Notes: generated from the letters alone by a model not told the origin. 64,000 nucleotides of DNA from Bacteroidales bacterium (GCA_041740815.1 JBGSLG010000082.1:5990-69989), one strand, 5' to 3'; positions 26,792 through 36,665 are shown, counted from the first letter of the stretch. Numbers and translations: made by a program.

Positions 26792-29206
26792 TCATTTCCT
26801 GACAGTGAACGTGACCACGCTCCTGCCACTCCTGCCATCATGGGTGAAGCCTTCAACTATGACTTCATACTCTCCGGTCTCATCAGATGTCCAGAACTCA
26901 ATGCCGCCATCACCCTGGCTGTCCGTCCTTACTGCAGGATTCCAGTAAAGAGTGTTCCTGAGATCGGGAATTCGGCTCTGCCTGAGAACATCAGTTGAGT
27001 AATCCGGAGCTGCCACCTCATAGCTGTCAAGCAGCATATCGTACTCCTGCCTGAAAATTGACCTGTCAAATTCCAGCAGACTCAGATCACCCTTGCCTGA
27101 CACTACGTTTATGATCCCGTCAAGGACTACGTCACCGACAAAATACCGGGTATTGAGTACCTCTATTCTTTCAATTTCCTGGGAGCGGATCTCAAGAACC
27201 TTTTCGAGGTCATATACCGGCACTCCGTCTATAATTACAAGCGGCGGTGTGGTGAATGATAACCCGGGGTTCCTGTTGACCAGACTGAGGCTGCTTCTCT
27301 CGTTCCTGCCCGCTGATGAAAGACCAGGTACTATCTCCTTGAAAACCTCACGGAGTGTTGTCAGCTCTATATATTCCGAGAGAAGTATGGTGCGGTCAGG
27401 CTCACCAAAGAAATCGGGGAAGACCTCGGAGCAAAGCATGACCGCCTTTTTCTGGAGGAAGGGATAATAAATATTCCTGACCTGCATAGCGATAATAGCA
27501 TTGTTCAGCTCCTCAAGGCGTGCAGTGTCCGGATAAAACGGTCCGGGCTCATGCTCAAGCCTCATCTCAAAGAGGAAGGGATCATTCAGGTCAACGTAAT
27601 AGCCGTTGACCTCGGGAGAGAGACGCTGGATGACAATCTCCCTTTTGCCATACTCCCTGACGGGAAAGCTGAATTCTCCGTTAGGACCCGTCCGGGTAAA
27701 ACCGCACCGGGCCGTCCTGCCTACAAACGAGAGCGAAAGGTTCTCCCCGGCCAGAGGAGCGCCGGTAGTTCTGTCCCTTACAAAACCGCTGATCAGATGA
27801 CCCTCAGGCTCAGGCAGGTATACAAATCCGGACTCTTCCCCGCTATTCCGGAGAAGATCTCCGTTCTCATCACAGAAGATCAGATAGTCATTTACATCAG
27901 GTAATACCAGGTCCGTGCTGAATGCCTGCAGTGAGGGCAACTGAACCTGTCTGACCATATTGCTGTAATGGTTATCTGTTGTAAGGATGGGTTTAACAAC
28001 CGCTACAGACAGGTTGGTCTCAAGACCTTTGCCTTCACCGTCAACCGCCTTTATTACAATCTCAGTCTTCCCACGGGGTGCAGTCGGCGCGCTGCTGATC
28101 TTAACCTCATAGGTAATCTCCGGACTCCTGTCGTTGTAATACCATTTTGATGCCAATTCCTCCCCGTAACCGTCAGTCAGTATAATCCTTGCAAGACCGG
28201 TAGGGAGGCCCTTCCCGTCCATTGTAATGACCGGATCATTTTCAAAGAAAACCTCCCTGGCCGTGCTCCCTCCTGAAACCGGGGAGTAGACTGCCCTGAC
28301 TGTACCACCGGGAGCCCTGTACCCTTTGCTGCCAGACTTGATAATTATCTGAAGGTCCTTATCCGGGCCTGCGGAACTGACGGTAAAAGTCAGCCCTGTC
28401 TCCCTGACGGGCGGCAGCGGAAACCTTCTGCCTGTACCCTTGCCGTCATAGGCCAGCAGGAAAAGAGGCTCTGCATCTCCGGGTGTCAGCGTGAAGAGAC
28501 CTGTACCGTACCTGTCAGTGGTGACCCTCGCAAGTGTGTCCCCTGTAACGTTCAGCACAATGGCATTTGTAATAACCGGATCTCCGTTGCTGTTAAAGCA
28601 CCGGATACCCATACGTGTCTGAACACCTGACGTTAGAGATCCGGTCTCCGGATAAAACCGCACACTGTCAGCCTGATGGTCTGATGGCGGGATCCTCAGC
28701 CTCGAGAGACTCTCAAAAGGATTGATGACGGAGATTTTTTTATAGGAGAAGAGAGCCTGCGGGTAATTCTTCATCAGGTTGGTGAATGACCGGATAAAGT
28801 AACTGCCGGTCCTGAGCGTATCAGGAATCCGGAACTCTCCGGCTCCTGTAATACCGTCTGTTCCGGTTCTGACCTGAACCACGGGCGTCCTGTAGCTGTC
28901 AAGAAGGTCAACATATAACACCTTGCTGATGGTTCCGGGCTTGCCTGACAGCCTGCCAAATTGCATTGTCCGGAAATAGACTGACTCCCCCGCAACGTAA
29001 ATATCCCTGTCAGTCTGAATGTAAATCTTCTCAAAATTGCCTTTCCCAGCCGCACCATCACCCCCGGGCTCCGAAGAGACCTGTGCACGCAGTGATGCCG
29101 GACCATTACGACCAGGCTCCGAAGAGACCTGTGCACGGAGTGATAGATGACAGAACAGGAGAGCCGCAAAAATAAAGATAACTCTGCAGCTGCGTAACCT
29201 TGCCAT
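26792..29206 (-). CDS. Large secreted protein: MG2-like N-terminus, CarboxypepD_reg-like domain, TonB-plug-like domain, no beta-barrel
   Basis: From the ATG at 29206: MARLRSCRVIFIFAALLFCHLSLRA|Q. YIQTDRDIYVAGESVYFRT (MG2-like). ISGFVRDRTTGAPLAGENLSLSF..GPNGEFSF (CarboxypepD_reg-like). PPLVIIDGVPVYDLEKVLEIRSQEIERIEVL..DGIINVVSGKG (plug-like). The track start at 29383 would overlap the DUF4249 gene. Confidence 0.6.
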   Translation of the reverse strand: MARLRSCRVIFIFAALLFCHLSLRAQVSSEPGRNGPASLRAQVSSEPGGDGAAGKGNFEKIYIQTDRDIYVAGESVYFRTMQFGRLSGKPGTISKVLYVDLLDSYRTPVVQVRTGTDGITGAGEFRIPDTLRTGSYFIRSFTNLMKNYPQALFSYKKISVINPFESLSRLRIPPSDHQADSVRFYPETGSLTSGVQTRMGIRCFNSNGDPVITNAIVLNVTGDTLARVTTDRYGTGLFTLTPGDAEPLFLLAYDGKGTGRRFPLPPVRETGLTFTVSSAGPDKDLQIIIKSGSKGYRAPGGTVRAVYSPVSGGSTAREVFFENDPVITMDGKGLPTGLARIILTDGYGEELASKWYYNDRSPEITYEVKISSAPTAPRGKTEIVIKAVDGEGKGLETNLSVAVVKPILTTDNHYSNMVRQVQLPSLQAFSTDLVLPDVNDYLIFCDENGDLLRNSGEESGFVYLPEPEGHLISGFVRDRTTGAPLAGENLSLSFVGRTARCGFTRTGPNGEFSFPVREYGKREIVIQRLSPEVNGYYVDLNDPFLFEMRLEHEPGPFYPDTARLEELNNAIIAMQVRNIYYPFLQKKAVMLCSEVFPDFFGEPDRTILLSEYIELTTLREVFKEIVPGLSSAGRNERSSLSLVNRNPGLSFTTPPLVIIDGVPVYDLEKVLEIRSQEIERIEVLNTRYFVGDVVLDGIINVVSGKGDLSLLEFDRSIFRQEYDMLLDSYEVAAPDYSTDVLRQSRIPDLRNTLYWNPAVRTDSQGDGGIEFWTSDETGEYEVIVEGFTHDGRSGRSVVTFTVRK
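29048..29143 (-). repeat. In-frame 2 x 48-nt tandem duplication at the signal-peptide cleavage region
   Basis: Units 29096..29143 and 29048..29095 encode SLRAQVSSEPGRNGPA and SLRAQVSSEPGGDGAA. I count 7 mismatches in 48 nt. Confidence 0.85.
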
Positions 29207-29243
29207 GAAGTGTGTGTCTGGTCCTTTCATACGGTCATACATA

Positions 29244-30467
29244 TTATTCGAGATCGACCCAGAACCATGGTTTCTTCTGATCTCCTTCAACAGTGCAGTC
29301 GGCGCACCGGGGTTTGACGAATATAAGCCTGAAGAGCTCCCCGTAAACATCATAGATGGGTGCGATAAATTCGTATCCGTCATTCAGGTATGCAGCATTG
29401 ATCTCATCGAATGTGAACCCTCCCCCCGGGAAGTCTGAAGGATAGTCAACCGGCCCCTTCTCGACCCTGTCACACTCATACCTGTAAACCGGCAGATCAA
29501 GTGCATCCACCTCATTATAAGTGATGTACCGGCGCTTAAGATTCACCGCTGAAACCTGGAAAAATCCGATCACCTGCTCAGCCGGATTGGTTATGCTCTT
29601 GATGTTACCGAATATCTGGAATGGCTGCTTGTCAAAGATGTCACCTCCTGCCTCATTGATCTGGGTCATCAGGTTCCAGAATTCGTATTCTCTCTTTGAG
29701 ACCGACATCTGCTTTACCTCTGCGCAATACTGAATAAGCAGCCTGTTACTTTCATCCGCCGCCACAAACAGGATAGGTTTCCTGATAAAGTCGCCCGAAT
29801 GGCTTGACAGCGTATTCTCTATATCAATAACGTCTGATCGCTTGTGACCCCAGCATGTCTGCCTGATCTCCTCGACAGGAAGAATTGTTGAGTCATTCAC
29901 ATAGTTAAAGAACTTGGGCTCGGGAATAGTGAATTTCCACCACTCGTCATATGACCAGCGGTAATAGCTGTCGGGACTTTCATTCCTTGTGTCAATGAAA
30001 AAGGCGACACCCTCCCGGAAGGTACCCGTCTCCTCAGAGTAAACCTGGTCCCTGGTGTAATAGAGGCTATCGATCTCAGGTACAGGATACATCAGGCAGG
30101 CTTCGGATTCATAATTAACGCCGTCAGCTGTCTCAATGGAAAGCGTATAGGCCCTCCCTACTGCTCCCCTGAACAGCAGGCTGTCAGTGCGATAATCACC
30201 CGGATACCTCTCGGTAAGAATGGTGCTGTTGCCCTGATCATCGCTGATAATAACTTTCGCATCGCTTACGGTAACACGGTCCTCTCCGGGAGTCTCTGTT
30301 GTCCGGGTGATCCGGACATAATTGGAGGCATCCTCGTCGGTGATAAGGGCGTCAACAACAAGAAGTGACTCAAAGCTCTTAAGCTCCGGAGTATATGGAT
30401 CTATGCACGTAAACAGGGTAAAGGAAATGATCAGAATGAATGTGATCTTATGCCATCTCTTAACCAT
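29244..30467 (-). CDS. DUF4249 family lipoprotein
   Basis: 407 aa. N-terminus ..FTLFTCIDPYTPELKSFESLLVVDALITDEDASNYVRITRT follows the DUF4249 pattern (C-x-x-P-Y ... LVV[ED]G.IT). This family is usually encoded next to CarboxypepD_reg TonB receptors. Confidence 0.7.
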   Translation of the reverse strand: MVKRWHKITFILIISFTLFTCIDPYTPELKSFESLLVVDALITDEDASNYVRITRTTETPGEDRVTVSDAKVIISDDQGNSTILTERYPGDYRTDSLLFRGAVGRAYTLSIETADGVNYESEACLMYPVPEIDSLYYTRDQVYSEETGTFREGVAFFIDTRNESPDSYYRWSYDEWWKFTIPEPKFFNYVNDSTILPVEEIRQTCWGHKRSDVIDIENTLSSHSGDFIRKPILFVAADESNRLLIQYCAEVKQMSVSKREYEFWNLMTQINEAGGDIFDKQPFQIFGNIKSITNPAEQVIGFFQVSAVNLKRRYITYNEVDALDLPVYRYECDRVEKGPVDYPSDFPGGGFTFDEINAAYLNDGYEFIAPIYDVYGELFRLIFVKPRCADCTVEGDQKKPWFWVDLE

Positions 30468-30658
30468 TACCTGCCTATGAAATTATGTTCAGAAAATTGT
30501 CCGTTGTCGAAGAATTGACAAAAATAGGATTTAATTGCACCCGACTCTCACATACGCCTCCTAAAACCACTTCACGAAACATTAAATTTTGTTAAGCCCC
30601 ATCCTATTCGAAATAATATTCGTTATTTCGGCTGTTATTTTCATCCTCCTTTAACAGC

Positions 30659-31441
30659 ATGACAAAAACAAGTTTACTTTTTCTGCTTCTGCTTTGCACC
30701 CTTCCCGGTTTTGCACAGCAGAAAAATGCTGACAGGGGTGATGCACTGACAACCATTTTTGCAAAGAGCGAAGCTTCTCACAACCAATTTCTTGACAGCC
30801 TTTACACCGTGCGTACGGGCACCTCTATTGCCTATATCAACGGTTACGAATACTTCCCATATCACTACCGGGCAAAAAATAAGCCGATGCTTTTCTACGG
30901 TAAAGACCGAACCGCCTCAATTACAGTAAGCGGCAGAAAGTACGACAACCTGATACTTCAGTATGATACCTATACTGATGAGATTGTATTTTCGGAGATG
31001 GAAAACGAATTTGGCAGTAAGATCTACCAAATTGCAATAAACAAGGATATTGTCGGTTCATTTACACTCTATTTCCGCGACGATACTCTTACATTCAAAT
31101 ACTTCGATGGTACAGAATCAGCCAGGGGACTGCCTTCCGGATTCTACGAAACAGCGTATGACGGCACCAGCACTTATCTTATCAGGCACAGGTCGGTTGC
31201 GCATGAGAGAAACGGCATCAATGAGTATTTCTATTCTCCGGCAGGTTACGTAAGAACCCCGGCCGGATACCAGAAGATAACCTCAAACGGCAAGTTCATC
31301 AAGTTCTTTGGTACCGGCTCAGCAGAGATGAAACGGATCATCGAACAGCGGAACCTGAATCTCCGCAAAGCCGGTAAGCGCAATATTATAAACATATTAA
31401 GGACATATGACAACCTGCAGGGTGTCACGCGGCAGAGATGA
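30659..31441 (+). CDS. Secreted hypothetical protein, translationally coupled to the TonB-dependent receptor
   Basis: 260 aa. Signal peptide ..LPGFA|Q. ATGA overlap with the next gene. No family recognised. Confidence 0.5.
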   Translation: MTKTSLLFLLLLCTLPGFAQQKNADRGDALTTIFAKSEASHNQFLDSLYTVRTGTSIAYINGYEYFPYHYRAKNKPMLFYGKDRTASITVSGRKYDNLILQYDTYTDEIVFSEMENEFGSKIYQIAINKDIVGSFTLYFRDDTLTFKYFDGTESARGLPSGFYETAYDGTSTYLIRHRSVAHERNGINEYFYSPAGYVRTPAGYQKITSNGKFIKFFGTGSAEMKRIIEQRNLNLRKAGKRNIINILRTYDNLQGVTRQR

Positions 31442-34218
31442 GGAAGACATTATTGATAATCATTCTGCTCGGTTCGGCCTTATCACTCCAGGGGCAGGAG
31501 AATAACCTCACCTTCAGGTTCAACAGGATACTCTTCAGCGACCTGATTGATACCCTCGAGAAGAGCGTACCGGTCAAAATATATTACTCCAAACGGTGGA
31601 CTGACACTCTCTACCTCGATGTCAGTGCTGACAACAGCTCAGCTGAGAGCGTGCTTGACAAAGCGCTCAGGCGTGACGGCCTCTCCTACTTTATAACTGA
31701 TGACAACCGAATCATTATGTCGAAGGGATTCTCAGTGAAAACCGGGTTCGGAAAGGAGTATGCTGATTATCTGAGGGAGCGTTACACTGAGGCAACAACG
31801 GCAGAGTATATCAGGCCGGTCATGGAGGCTGAAGGGTCAACCATCAGTGATGAATACAGGTTGTTCAGGATCGGACGGCCTTCAGCCTCTGAGAAGCCGG
31901 AAAGAGTAACTCTCACCGGCGTGGTAACGGATGCCACTGACGGGGAAAGGATTCCCAGTGTGGTAGTCTATGTAGATAAGCTCAAATCGGGTGCCATGAC
32001 CAACAATGCGGGCTTCTACTCCATCTCCCTCCCTCCAGGCCAGTACCGCATAGAGTTCAGGATGATAGGCATGAAGACGGCCAGCCGTAATGTTCTGATC
32101 TATTCCGATGGCACCCTGGATCTCTCCCTGACCGCGAGCCCCAGCCAGCTGGGTGAGGTTGTTGTTTCGGCCAACCGCGAAAATAACGTCAGGAACACCA
32201 GGATAGGCATTGAAAAGATTAATGTGAAGATGCTTAAACAGATCCCCCTCGGCCTTGGCGAGGCTGACCTGCTCAAGAGTTCACTGATGCTCCCCGGTAT
32301 ACAGACAGTTGGAGAGGCATCCAGCGGGTTCAACGTACGCGGGGGCAGCACAGACCAGAACCTGGTTCTGCTGAACTATGCTCCTATAATCAACGCATCA
32401 CACTTCTTCGGCTTCTTCTCCGCCTTCAACTCCGATCTGATCACTGACGTCACACTCTTCAAGAGCGGAATGCCCGCCAGATACGGTGGCAGGCTGTCAT
32501 CAGTGATGGAGATTATTCCACTGGAAGGTAACATGGAGAGATTAAAGGTAAGCGGAGGAATAAGTCCTGTAACCGGCCGACTGATGGTCGAAGGACCTGT
32601 TGTGAAGGAGAGAGTCTCATTCGTCCTCGGAGCCCGCACCACATACTCCGACTGGCTCCTGGGGATGCTTGACGATATTAAGCTCCGAAACAGCAGCGCA
32701 GGCTTCATCGACCTGCAGGGAACGCTCTCCGCCAATATCAATGAGAAAAACTCATTGTCGCTCTCCGGTTATTACAGCAATGACAGGTTCGACTACTACC
32801 GCGAGAGCGGGTTCAACTACGGCAACCTGGCGGCAACTCTTAAATGGAAACACTCATTCGGCCGGAGGCTGTCAGCGCAGTTCTTCGCCATAATGAGCAA
32901 CTATGAATACAAACTCTCCTCCAATTCAGACTCAACGGAATATCACAACCTCTACTATGAGCTGAACCAGAAAATCGCCAGGGCTGATTTCATATTTAAC
33001 TCCTCCCCCACTAACAAAATGGAGTTCGGCATTGACGCCACGGCCTATTCGCTCTCTCCAGGCAGACGCGAGCCATTCGGTGACTATACGTTGATCACCC
33101 CGGCAGAGCTGCAGACAGAACAGGCTCTTGAGCCATCACTCTACCTCAGCGACGAATATGAGATCACCCCGCGTATCTCTGTCTCCGCCGGAATAAGGGG
33201 CACCCTGTATACCAACCTCGGCCCGGAGACTGAGTACAGGTACTATGATGAGCTTCCCCGATCCCCGGAGACAATAAGAGATACCCTGACCTTCGGGGCA
33301 GGTGAAGTGGCAAATTTTTACCCCGGCCTCGACTTCAGGTTTTCATCAAGATTTATCCTGACTCCAAAATCATCCGTAAAAATCGGAGCACAAAGAGCCT
33401 ACCAGTATCTTCACATGATCTCCAACACCACCTCTATGTCGCCGGTTGACATCTGGAAACTGAGCGACGCCTACATCAAACCTCAGAGGGGTGACCAGGT
33501 GTCAGCGGGCTATTACATGAATTTTGACCGCAAAGCGATAGAAACATCTGTGGAAGCCTACTATAAGTGGCTGGAAAACACCCTTGACTATAAGGGAGGC
33601 GCAGAATTGCTGATGAATGACCATCTCGAAACAGATATACTCAACGGCGACGGAAAGGCTTACGGTGTGGAGCTGATGGTTAAGAAGCAGTCAGGCACCG
33701 TTACCGGATGGGTCAGCTATACATACTCAAGAGTATTGATGAGAGTCAAGGGCAGATTCGAGGAGGAGATGGTGAACGGTGGCAACTACTTCCCGGCCAG
33801 TTATGACAAACCGCATGACCTCAAGGTGGTTGTCAATACGAAAGCCTCAAGACGTTTCAACCTGACATCAAACTTCGTCTACAGTACCGGCAGACCCATT
33901 ACATACCCCGTGGCATTCTACGACTTCTACAACTCCAGTCATGTCTACTATTCAAAAAGAAATGACTACCGTATTCCCTATTATATGAGGCTCGATCTCT
34001 CAGCCACGGTAAACGGTAACCTGAGAGCAAAGAAACTTAACCACTCTTCACTCACCGCAACGGTCTACAACGTGCTTGGAAGAAAAAACCCCTACTCCAT
34101 CTTTTTCAAAAACGAAAACGGAGCAGTCAACGGTTACCGGATGACCATCTTCGCCCAGCCTATCTTCATGCTGACTTACAATTTCAGGATCTTCGGCAAT
34201 GCCGAGGGCGACTTCTAA
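31438..34218 (+). CDS. TonB-dependent receptor with an N-terminal STN-like extension and a CarboxypepD_reg-like domain
   Basis: 926 aa. Signal peptide ..LQG|Q. VTLTGVVTDATDGERIPSVVVYV..NAGFYSISLPPGQYRIEF. Plug (GEADLLKSSLMLPGIQTVGEASSGFNVRGGSTDQNLVLLN). Long beta-barrel ending ..MLTYNFRIFGNAEGDF. Confidence 0.85.
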   Translation: MRKTLLIIILLGSALSLQGQENNLTFRFNRILFSDLIDTLEKSVPVKIYYSKRWTDTLYLDVSADNSSAESVLDKALRRDGLSYFITDDNRIIMSKGFSVKTGFGKEYADYLRERYTEATTAEYIRPVMEAEGSTISDEYRLFRIGRPSASEKPERVTLTGVVTDATDGERIPSVVVYVDKLKSGAMTNNAGFYSISLPPGQYRIEFRMIGMKTASRNVLIYSDGTLDLSLTASPSQLGEVVVSANRENNVRNTRIGIEKINVKMLKQIPLGLGEADLLKSSLMLPGIQTVGEASSGFNVRGGSTDQNLVLLNYAPIINASHFFGFFSAFNSDLITDVTLFKSGMPARYGGRLSSVMEIIPLEGNMERLKVSGGISPVTGRLMVEGPVVKERVSFVLGARTTYSDWLLGMLDDIKLRNSSAGFIDLQGTLSANINEKNSLSLSGYYSNDRFDYYRESGFNYGNLAATLKWKHSFGRRLSAQFFAIMSNYEYKLSSNSDSTEYHNLYYELNQKIARADFIFNSSPTNKMEFGIDATAYSLSPGRREPFGDYTLITPAELQTEQALEPSLYLSDEYEITPRISVSAGIRGTLYTNLGPETEYRYYDELPRSPETIRDTLTFGAGEVANFYPGLDFRFSSRFILTPKSSVKIGAQRAYQYLHMISNTTSMSPVDIWKLSDAYIKPQRGDQVSAGYYMNFDRKAIETSVEAYYKWLENTLDYKGGAELLMNDHLETDILNGDGKAYGVELMVKKQSGTVTGWVSYTYSRVLMRVKGRFEEEMVNGGNYFPASYDKPHDLKVVVNTKASRRFNLTSNFVYSTGRPITYPVAFYDFYNSSHVYYSKRNDYRIPYYMRLDLSATVNGNLRAKKLNHSSLTATVYNVLGRKNPYSIFFKNENGAVNGYRMTIFAQPIFMLTYNFRIFGNAEGDF

Positions 34219-34263
34219 GCTGAATCCGTTTCCCTGTAACTATCTCACCGGAGGGCCGCGCAA

Positions 34264-34342
34264 AAGCTTGCAGCCCAACACAGTGCATATTGGGCCACAG
34301 AAGCGCCAGGAATAAGCTTGCAGCCCAACACAGTGCATATTG
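34264..34342. repeat. Two 30-nt direct repeats, each containing a short hairpin
   Basis: aagcttgcagcccaacacagtgcatattgg occurs at 34264..34293 and 34313..34342. Copy 1 has the stem gcccaa/ttgggc; copy 2 ends ttggac. Confidence 0.8.
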
Positions 34343-34471
34343 GACCAGCTTCCTGAAACTCATAATCAGACTCCGGATAAACATTATTGATTTTTTGTCC
34401 ATATTTGTATAGCCTTTGTCAGTATTATAATTCACAACCCTTGAGCCTGGAGGTTTTCAAGATAATACCTG

Positions 34472-35065
34472 ATGAATAAAAAAGACCTTTTTACCATCCC
34501 AAACCTGATAACATCCTATCGGTTACTGACCTTTCCGCTTATCCTTTACTTCATATTTGCCGGTAACGAAAAACTCTTCGCCATCTTCCTTATCATAAAC
34601 CTTGTCTCTGATATAGTTGACGGATTCATAGCCCGGCGATTCCATATGGAAACAGAGATTGGCGCAAAACTCGATTCCTTTGCCGACAATTTCAATTACC
34701 TTCTTGCTTTCACGGGACTGCTTGTTTTCAAAATGGATGACTTCAGGCCTCATCTGGTAAGTTTCATAGTCTTTGTTAGTATGCTGGCGCTGACTGTCAT
34801 CGTGTCTCTCATAAAATTCAGGAAATTTCCCAGTTTTCACCTCTACACCACCAAGATCGGAGGCTATATACAGGGAGCCTTCATCATCTGTCTTTTCACG
34901 CTGGGCTTCTATGCCCCGTTCTATTACCTGGTGATCACGTGGGCAATTATCGGAGCCATAGAACACATTGCCATACAAATGATTATACCCGAAATGCAAT
35001 CGAACGTCAAAGGACTTTACTGGGTTCTTAAGGCTCAGCGGGCGGAAAAAGACAATAGACCATGA
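34472..35065 (+). CDS. CDP-alcohol phosphatidyltransferase family protein
   Basis: 197 aa. Exact family motif DGFIARRFHMETEIGAKLDSFAD (D-G-x2-A-R-x8-G-x3-D-x3-D). Confidence 0.85.
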   Translation: MNKKDLFTIPNLITSYRLLTFPLILYFIFAGNEKLFAIFLIINLVSDIVDGFIARRFHMETEIGAKLDSFADNFNYLLAFTGLLVFKMDDFRPHLVSFIVFVSMLALTVIVSLIKFRKFPSFHLYTTKIGGYIQGAFIICLFTLGFYAPFYYLVITWAIIGAIEHIAIQMIIPEMQSNVKGLYWVLKAQRAEKDNRP

Positions 35066-35862
35066 TCTTTCACTCCGCATTTGACAACAGCTACCTCTGG
35101 TATCCGCTTATAGGATTGATTGTCGGACTTATTGGCACCTTAATTGGAGGGGGGGGAGGCTTCTTCTACATCCCTGTGCTTACGCTGCTGTTTGGTGTTC
35201 CGGCCAACATCGCCCTGGCCACCTCCCTTGCTGCAACGCTGCCGATTTGTATCATTGGTTCCATTTCTCATTACCGCCACGGGAATATCAGGGTCCGGAC
35301 CGGACTGATCTTCGCAGCCGCAGGGGTCCTGGGTGCACTCTCCGGGGCAAGCATCACCAGCCTGATAACCCCCCGGCAGCTTAAAGTGAGCTGGGGTATC
35401 TATATTATCCTGATTGCCCTACAGATGATTATTAGTGCCTGGAGAAAGAAGAGGGATGAGGCCAACGGGATTATCAAGCCTGAAGGTGCCCGCCTTGGTA
35501 AGATAGCCACCGGTTCTTTCTTTGGATTCATTGCCGGTATTATTACTGCCACTTTCGGAACGAGCGGGGCAACGCCGGTACAGGCAGGATTGTTCGCAAT
35601 GCGAATACCCGTTAAGATGGTGATAGGAACATCACTCATGGTGGTGATGGTCAACACGGCATCAGCCCTGGGAGCTCACTTCCTGGTAGGTGATATAGAC
35701 CTGACACAGCTCTATTTTCTGACTGCCGGAAGCATTGCTGGGTCACTTCTGGGGCCAAGGCTGCTTAGCGGCATTAAGCTCGAACGCGCCGAAGGTCCTA
35801 TACGCACATGGTACGCAATTGGCATGATCCTCTTCGGTGCCCTGATGATATTTACCAGATGA
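35062..35862 (+). CDS. TauE/SafE family anion exporter-like membrane protein
   Basis: 266 aa, about 8 TM helices. Gly-rich GTLIGGGGGFFYIPVL and a repeated second half. 4-nt overlap with the upstream gene. Confidence 0.7.
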   Translation: MIFHSAFDNSYLWYPLIGLIVGLIGTLIGGGGGFFYIPVLTLLFGVPANIALATSLAATLPICIIGSISHYRHGNIRVRTGLIFAAAGVLGALSGASITSLITPRQLKVSWGIYIILIALQMIISAWRKKRDEANGIIKPEGARLGKIATGSFFGFIAGIITATFGTSGATPVQAGLFAMRIPVKMVIGTSLMVVMVNTASALGAHFLVGDIDLTQLYFLTAGSIAGSLLGPRLLSGIKLERAEGPIRTWYAIGMILFGALMIFTR

Positions 35863-35891
35863 ACCAATCACATAACTCATGAGATAATCAT

Positions 35892-36623
35892 ATGTACCTG
35901 ACAGCCTATATAATCATCATCTCCTACTTCGCACTTGGCACCGCAGGAATATGGGTAATCAACAGGAAAAAGGAGCCCGAGGTGGCCCGCAGGAGCTGGA
36001 TTAAACACATCACCTACTTCATCATAACAAGTGTTCTTTTTTTTAGTATAGCCCTGGATATAAGGATTTTCCGGTATGTTGCAGTTTTGATTATTGCTGC
36101 CGGATTCATTGAAGTGGCGAAACTATTCATGGAGTCCGGATACCGCCATAAACTCTTCTTCCTTGCTGCGATGATCATTCTTGCAACCCTTTCCGCAGGC
36201 TTCTTCTCTTTCAGCAGAATGGATCAGGGCCTTATTATGTTCGCTTTTCTCATCCTCTGCATCTTTGACGGCTTCAGCCAGGTGACGGGACAGCTCTTAG
36301 GCAAAAGAAAACTCTTCCCGAAAATCAGTCCCAACAAAACCGTAGAGGGGGTCATCGGTGGTGCCGCAGTTGCTTTACTCAGCTCACTGGTATTCAGGCA
36401 TTTAATTCCGGACATTGGCTTCTCCGGGGTCCTCCTCAACGCAGCAGTAGTGGTTGTGTTTGCATTTGCCGGTGATACGGCCAAATCAGTATACAAAAGA
36501 AAGTACAATGTGAAGGACTTCTCCAGACTGATTCCCGGACATGGCGGTTTTCTCGACAGGTTTGACAGCCTTATTGCCGGAGGGGCAGGTGTGGCACTGC
36601 TGGCCTGGCTGATCAGCCTCTAA
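35892..36623 (+). CDS. Phosphatidate cytidylyltransferase (CdsA/CTP-transferase 1) family protein
   Basis: 243 aa. SPNKTVEGVIGG...GDTAKSVYKRKYNVKDFSRLIPGHGGFLDRFDSL is the CdsA C-terminal signature. Confidence 0.75.
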   Translation: MYLTAYIIIISYFALGTAGIWVINRKKEPEVARRSWIKHITYFIITSVLFFSIALDIRIFRYVAVLIIAAGFIEVAKLFMESGYRHKLFFLAAMIILATLSAGFFSFSRMDQGLIMFAFLILCIFDGFSQVTGQLLGKRKLFPKISPNKTVEGVIGGAAVALLSSLVFRHLIPDIGFSGVLLNAAVVVVFAFAGDTAKSVYKRKYNVKDFSRLIPGHGGFLDRFDSLIAGGAGVALLAWLISL

Positions 36624-36665
36624 GCGCAGCTTTCATTAATCCTTCATTCTGCCTTTGTCCTTTCT

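Noticed and set aside
29207-29383. The longer N-terminus (59 aa) of the track ORF 26792..29383.
   Set aside because: It would overlap the DUF4249 gene by 140 nt and precede a perfect signal peptide that starts at the ATG at 29206.
34264-34342. Direct repeats here, and the arrays at 39324..39409, 44012..44246 and 53057..53222, as possible CRISPR arrays.
   Set aside because: There are only two copies here. The other arrays have 7- or 13-nt units with no unique spacers of CRISPR size, and no cas genes are in the window.
34523-35080. A 185-aa minus-strand ORF almost exactly mirroring the CDP-alcohol transferase gene.
   Set aside because: The plus-strand frame carries a perfect D-G-x2-A-R-x8-G-x3-D-x3-D motif and TM helices. 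The antisense product is highly charged with no motif, so it is probably a chance open frame.
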